DNA of 1,119 nucleotides from Escherichia coli (GTDB lineage Bacteria; Pseudomonadota; Gammaproteobacteria; Enterobacterales; Enterobacteriaceae): NCBI RefSeq assembly GCF_003334315.1, contig NZ_QOWR01000124.1; one strand, 5' to 3'. Shown piece by piece: positions 1 to 1,119 of this stretch (position 1 is its first letter; each line of letters starts with the position of its first letter). The notes under the pieces were generated by a model. It saw only the letters and a program-made list of their open reading frames with translations, ran no database searches and was not told where the DNA came from. The position numbers and the translations under genes were made by a program.

Positions 1-5
1 GGAGG
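1..5 (+). promoter_or_regulatory. Shine-Dalgarno ribosome-binding site for vgrG
   Basis: Seen in sequence: GGAGG at 1-5, a perfect 5-nt complement to the 16S anti-SD core, with 5 nt (TTGCT) before the ATG at 11. It lies at the window edge, so upstream context (promoter, possible upstream hcp or other T6SS gene) cannot be seen. Confidence 0.55.
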
Positions 6-10
6 TTGCT

Positions 11-1119
11 ATGTCAACCGGATTACGTTTCACACTGGAAGTGGACGGCCTGCCGCCGGATGCTTTTGCGGTGGTTTCCTTTCATCTGAACCAGTCACTC
101 TCTTCGCTCTTTTCCCTCGATCTCTCCCTGGTCAGCCAGCAGTTTCTCTCCCTTGAATTTGCGCAGGTGCTGGACAAAATGGCCTACCTGACGATATGGC
201 AGGGCGATGAAGTACAGCGCCGGGTGAAAGGCGTGGTGACCTGGTTTGAACTCGGGGAGAACGACAAAAACCAGATGCTGTACAGCATGAAGGTGCACCC
301 GCCGCTGTGGCGTGCCGGTCTGCGCCAGAACTTCCGTATCTTCCAGAACGAGGACATCAAAAGCATCCTCGGCACGATGTTGCAGGAAAACGGGGTGACC
401 GAATGGAGTCCGCTGTTCAGCGAGCCGCATCCTTCCCGTGAGTTTTGTGTCCAGTACGGTGAGACTGATTACGATTTCCTGTGCCGGATGGCGGCGGAGG
501 AAGGCATCTTCTTTTATGAGGAGCATGCTTACAAAAGTACCGACCAGAGCCTGGTGCTGTGCGACACAGTCCGCCATCTGCCCGAATCTTTTGAAATCCC
601 ATGGAACCCGAACACCCGTACCGAGGTGAGCACCCTCTGCATCAGCCAGTTCCGCTACAGCGCACAAATCCGCCCTTCTTCCGTGGTGACCAAAGACTAC
701 ACCTTTAAACGCCCCGGCTGGGCCGGACGTTTTGAACAGGAAGGCCAGCACCAGGACTACCAGCGCACGCAGTATGAAGTGTATGACTACCCCGGACGTT
801 TCAAGAGCGCCCACGGGCAGAACTTTGCCCGCTGGCAGATGGACGGCTGGCGAAACAACGCAGAAACCGCGCGGGGAATGGGCCGCTCGCCGGAGATATG
901 GCCGGGACGGCGAATTGTGCTGACGGGGCATCCGCAGGCGAACCTGAACCGGGAATGGCAGGTGGTGGCAAGTGAACTGCACGGCGAACAGCCACAGGCG
1001 GTGCCAGGACGGCAGGGAGCGGGGACGGCGCTGGAGAACCATTTTGCGGTGATCCCGGCAGACAGAACATGGCGACCACAGCCGTTGCTGAAACCGCTGG
1101 TCGACGGCCCGCAGAGCGC
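11..1119 (+). CDS. vgrG: Type VI secretion system spike protein VgrG (TssI), N-terminal portion; 3'-partial, truncated by the window end (last complete codon ends at 1117)
   Basis: Seen in sequence: ATG at 11-13 opens a frame with no stop through 1119 (369 complete codons, hand-translated). Translation starts MSTGLRFTLEVDGLPPDAFAVVSFHLNQSLSSLFSLDLSLVSQQFLSLEFAQVLDKMAYLTIWQGDEVQRRVKGVVTWFELGENDKNQMLYSMKVHPPLWRAGLRQNFRIFQNEDIKSILGTMLQENGVTEWSPLFSEPHPSREFCVQYGETDYDFLCRMAAEEGIFFYEEH... and ends ...NREWQVVASELHGEQPQAVPGRQGAGTALENHFAVIPADRTWRPQPLLKPLVDGPQSA. Established knowledge: I recognise this as the conserved N-terminal region of enterobacterial VgrG, largely the phage gp27-like domain and reaching about the start of the gp5-like OB-fold. 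This is recall, not a database hit. A GGAGG motif lies 5 nt upstream of the ATG. Codon usage is G/C-rich at third positions and TTA/CTA/TCA are absent from codon 30 onward. Confidence 0.92.
   Translation, partial: MSTGLRFTLEVDGLPPDAFAVVSFHLNQSLSSLFSLDLSLVSQQFLSLEFAQVLDKMAYLTIWQGDEVQRRVKGVVTWFELGENDKNQMLYSMKVHPPLWRAGLRQNFRIFQNEDIKSILGTMLQENGVTEWSPLFSEPHPSREFCVQYGETDYDFLCRMAAEEGIFFYEEHAYKSTDQSLVLCDTVRHLPESFEIPWNPNTRTEVSTLCISQFRYSAQIRPSSVVTKDYTFKRPGWAGRFEQEGQHQDYQRTQYEVYDYPGRFKSAHGQNFARWQMDGWRNNAETARGMGRSPEIWPGRRIVLTGHPQANLNREWQVVASELHGEQPQAVPGRQGAGTALENHFAVIPADRTWRPQPLLKPLVDGPQS

Noticed and set aside
184-375. 63-aa minus-strand ORF
   Set aside because: Short antisense ORF embedded in vgrG with no recognisable protein features. 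Most parsimonious reading is a chance open frame.
417-602. 61-aa minus-strand ORF
   Set aside because: Short antisense ORF embedded in vgrG. Its basic, Pro/Gly/Arg-rich translation is typical of non-coding frames in GC-rich sequence.
438-629. 63-aa plus-strand ORF in an alternate frame
   Set aside because: It is out of frame with the VgrG reading frame (starts at a position of phase 0 versus phase 2 for vgrG) and fully nested in the conserved gp27-like coding region. No RBS was noted and no protein similarity recognised.
732-923. 63-aa plus-strand ORF in an alternate frame
   Set aside because: It is out of frame with vgrG and nested within it. The translation is Arg/Thr-rich with no recognisable domain, so it is treated as a chance ORF.
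95-1042. 315-aa minus-strand ORF covering most of the window
   Set aside because: It is the in-register antisense shadow of vgrG. Antisense stops arise only where the sense codon is TTA, CTA or TCA. The sense frame has TCA at 95-97 (the antisense TGA that bounds this ORF) and none of these three codons from there to the window end, so the antisense frame stays open by construction. Its translation is Arg/His/Pro/Leu-rich, low-complexity, and not recognisable as any protein family.
801-1079. 92-aa minus-strand ORF
   Set aside because: It lies wholly inside vgrG on the opposite strand, and its translation is Pro/Ala/Ser-rich low-complexity sequence typical of spurious ORFs in GC-rich coding DNA. 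No independent start signal was seen.
1-1119. Possibility of a novel or undescribed system in this window
   Set aside because: The whole window is accounted for by one well-characterised gene fragment (vgrG N-terminus) plus its RBS. I found no unexplained intergenic space, repeat array, RNA structure or orphan ORF that would support a novel system here.
11-1119. Val-Gly dipeptide repeats or other tandem repeats characteristic of VgrG
   Set aside because: The Val-Gly repeat region of VgrG lies in the C-terminal beta-helical part of the protein, beyond this window. No tandem repeat periodicity was seen in the visible sequence.

Overview
The window is almost entirely the 5' portion of one plus-strand gene: the N-terminal ~369 codons of a VgrG (TssI) type VI secretion spike protein, starting at ATG 11 and running open past the window end at 1119. 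I read the frame codon by codon and found no stop. The translation begins MSTGLRFTLEVDGLPPDAFAVVSFHLNQSLSSLFSLDLSLVSQQF... and ends ...ADRTWRPQPLLKPLVDGPQSA, which I recognise from memory as the conserved N-terminus of Escherichia/Shigella-type VgrG; this was not confirmed by a search. The six-frame track omits this gene because it has no stop in the window. All six listed ORFs are out-of-frame or antisense shadows of it. A GGAGG Shine-Dalgarno motif sits at 1-5. I see no RNA genes, CRISPR, mobile-element ends or repeats. I do not see a novel system in this window: it is a well-known T6SS component, and any cargo or effector novelty would lie downstream, outside the window.
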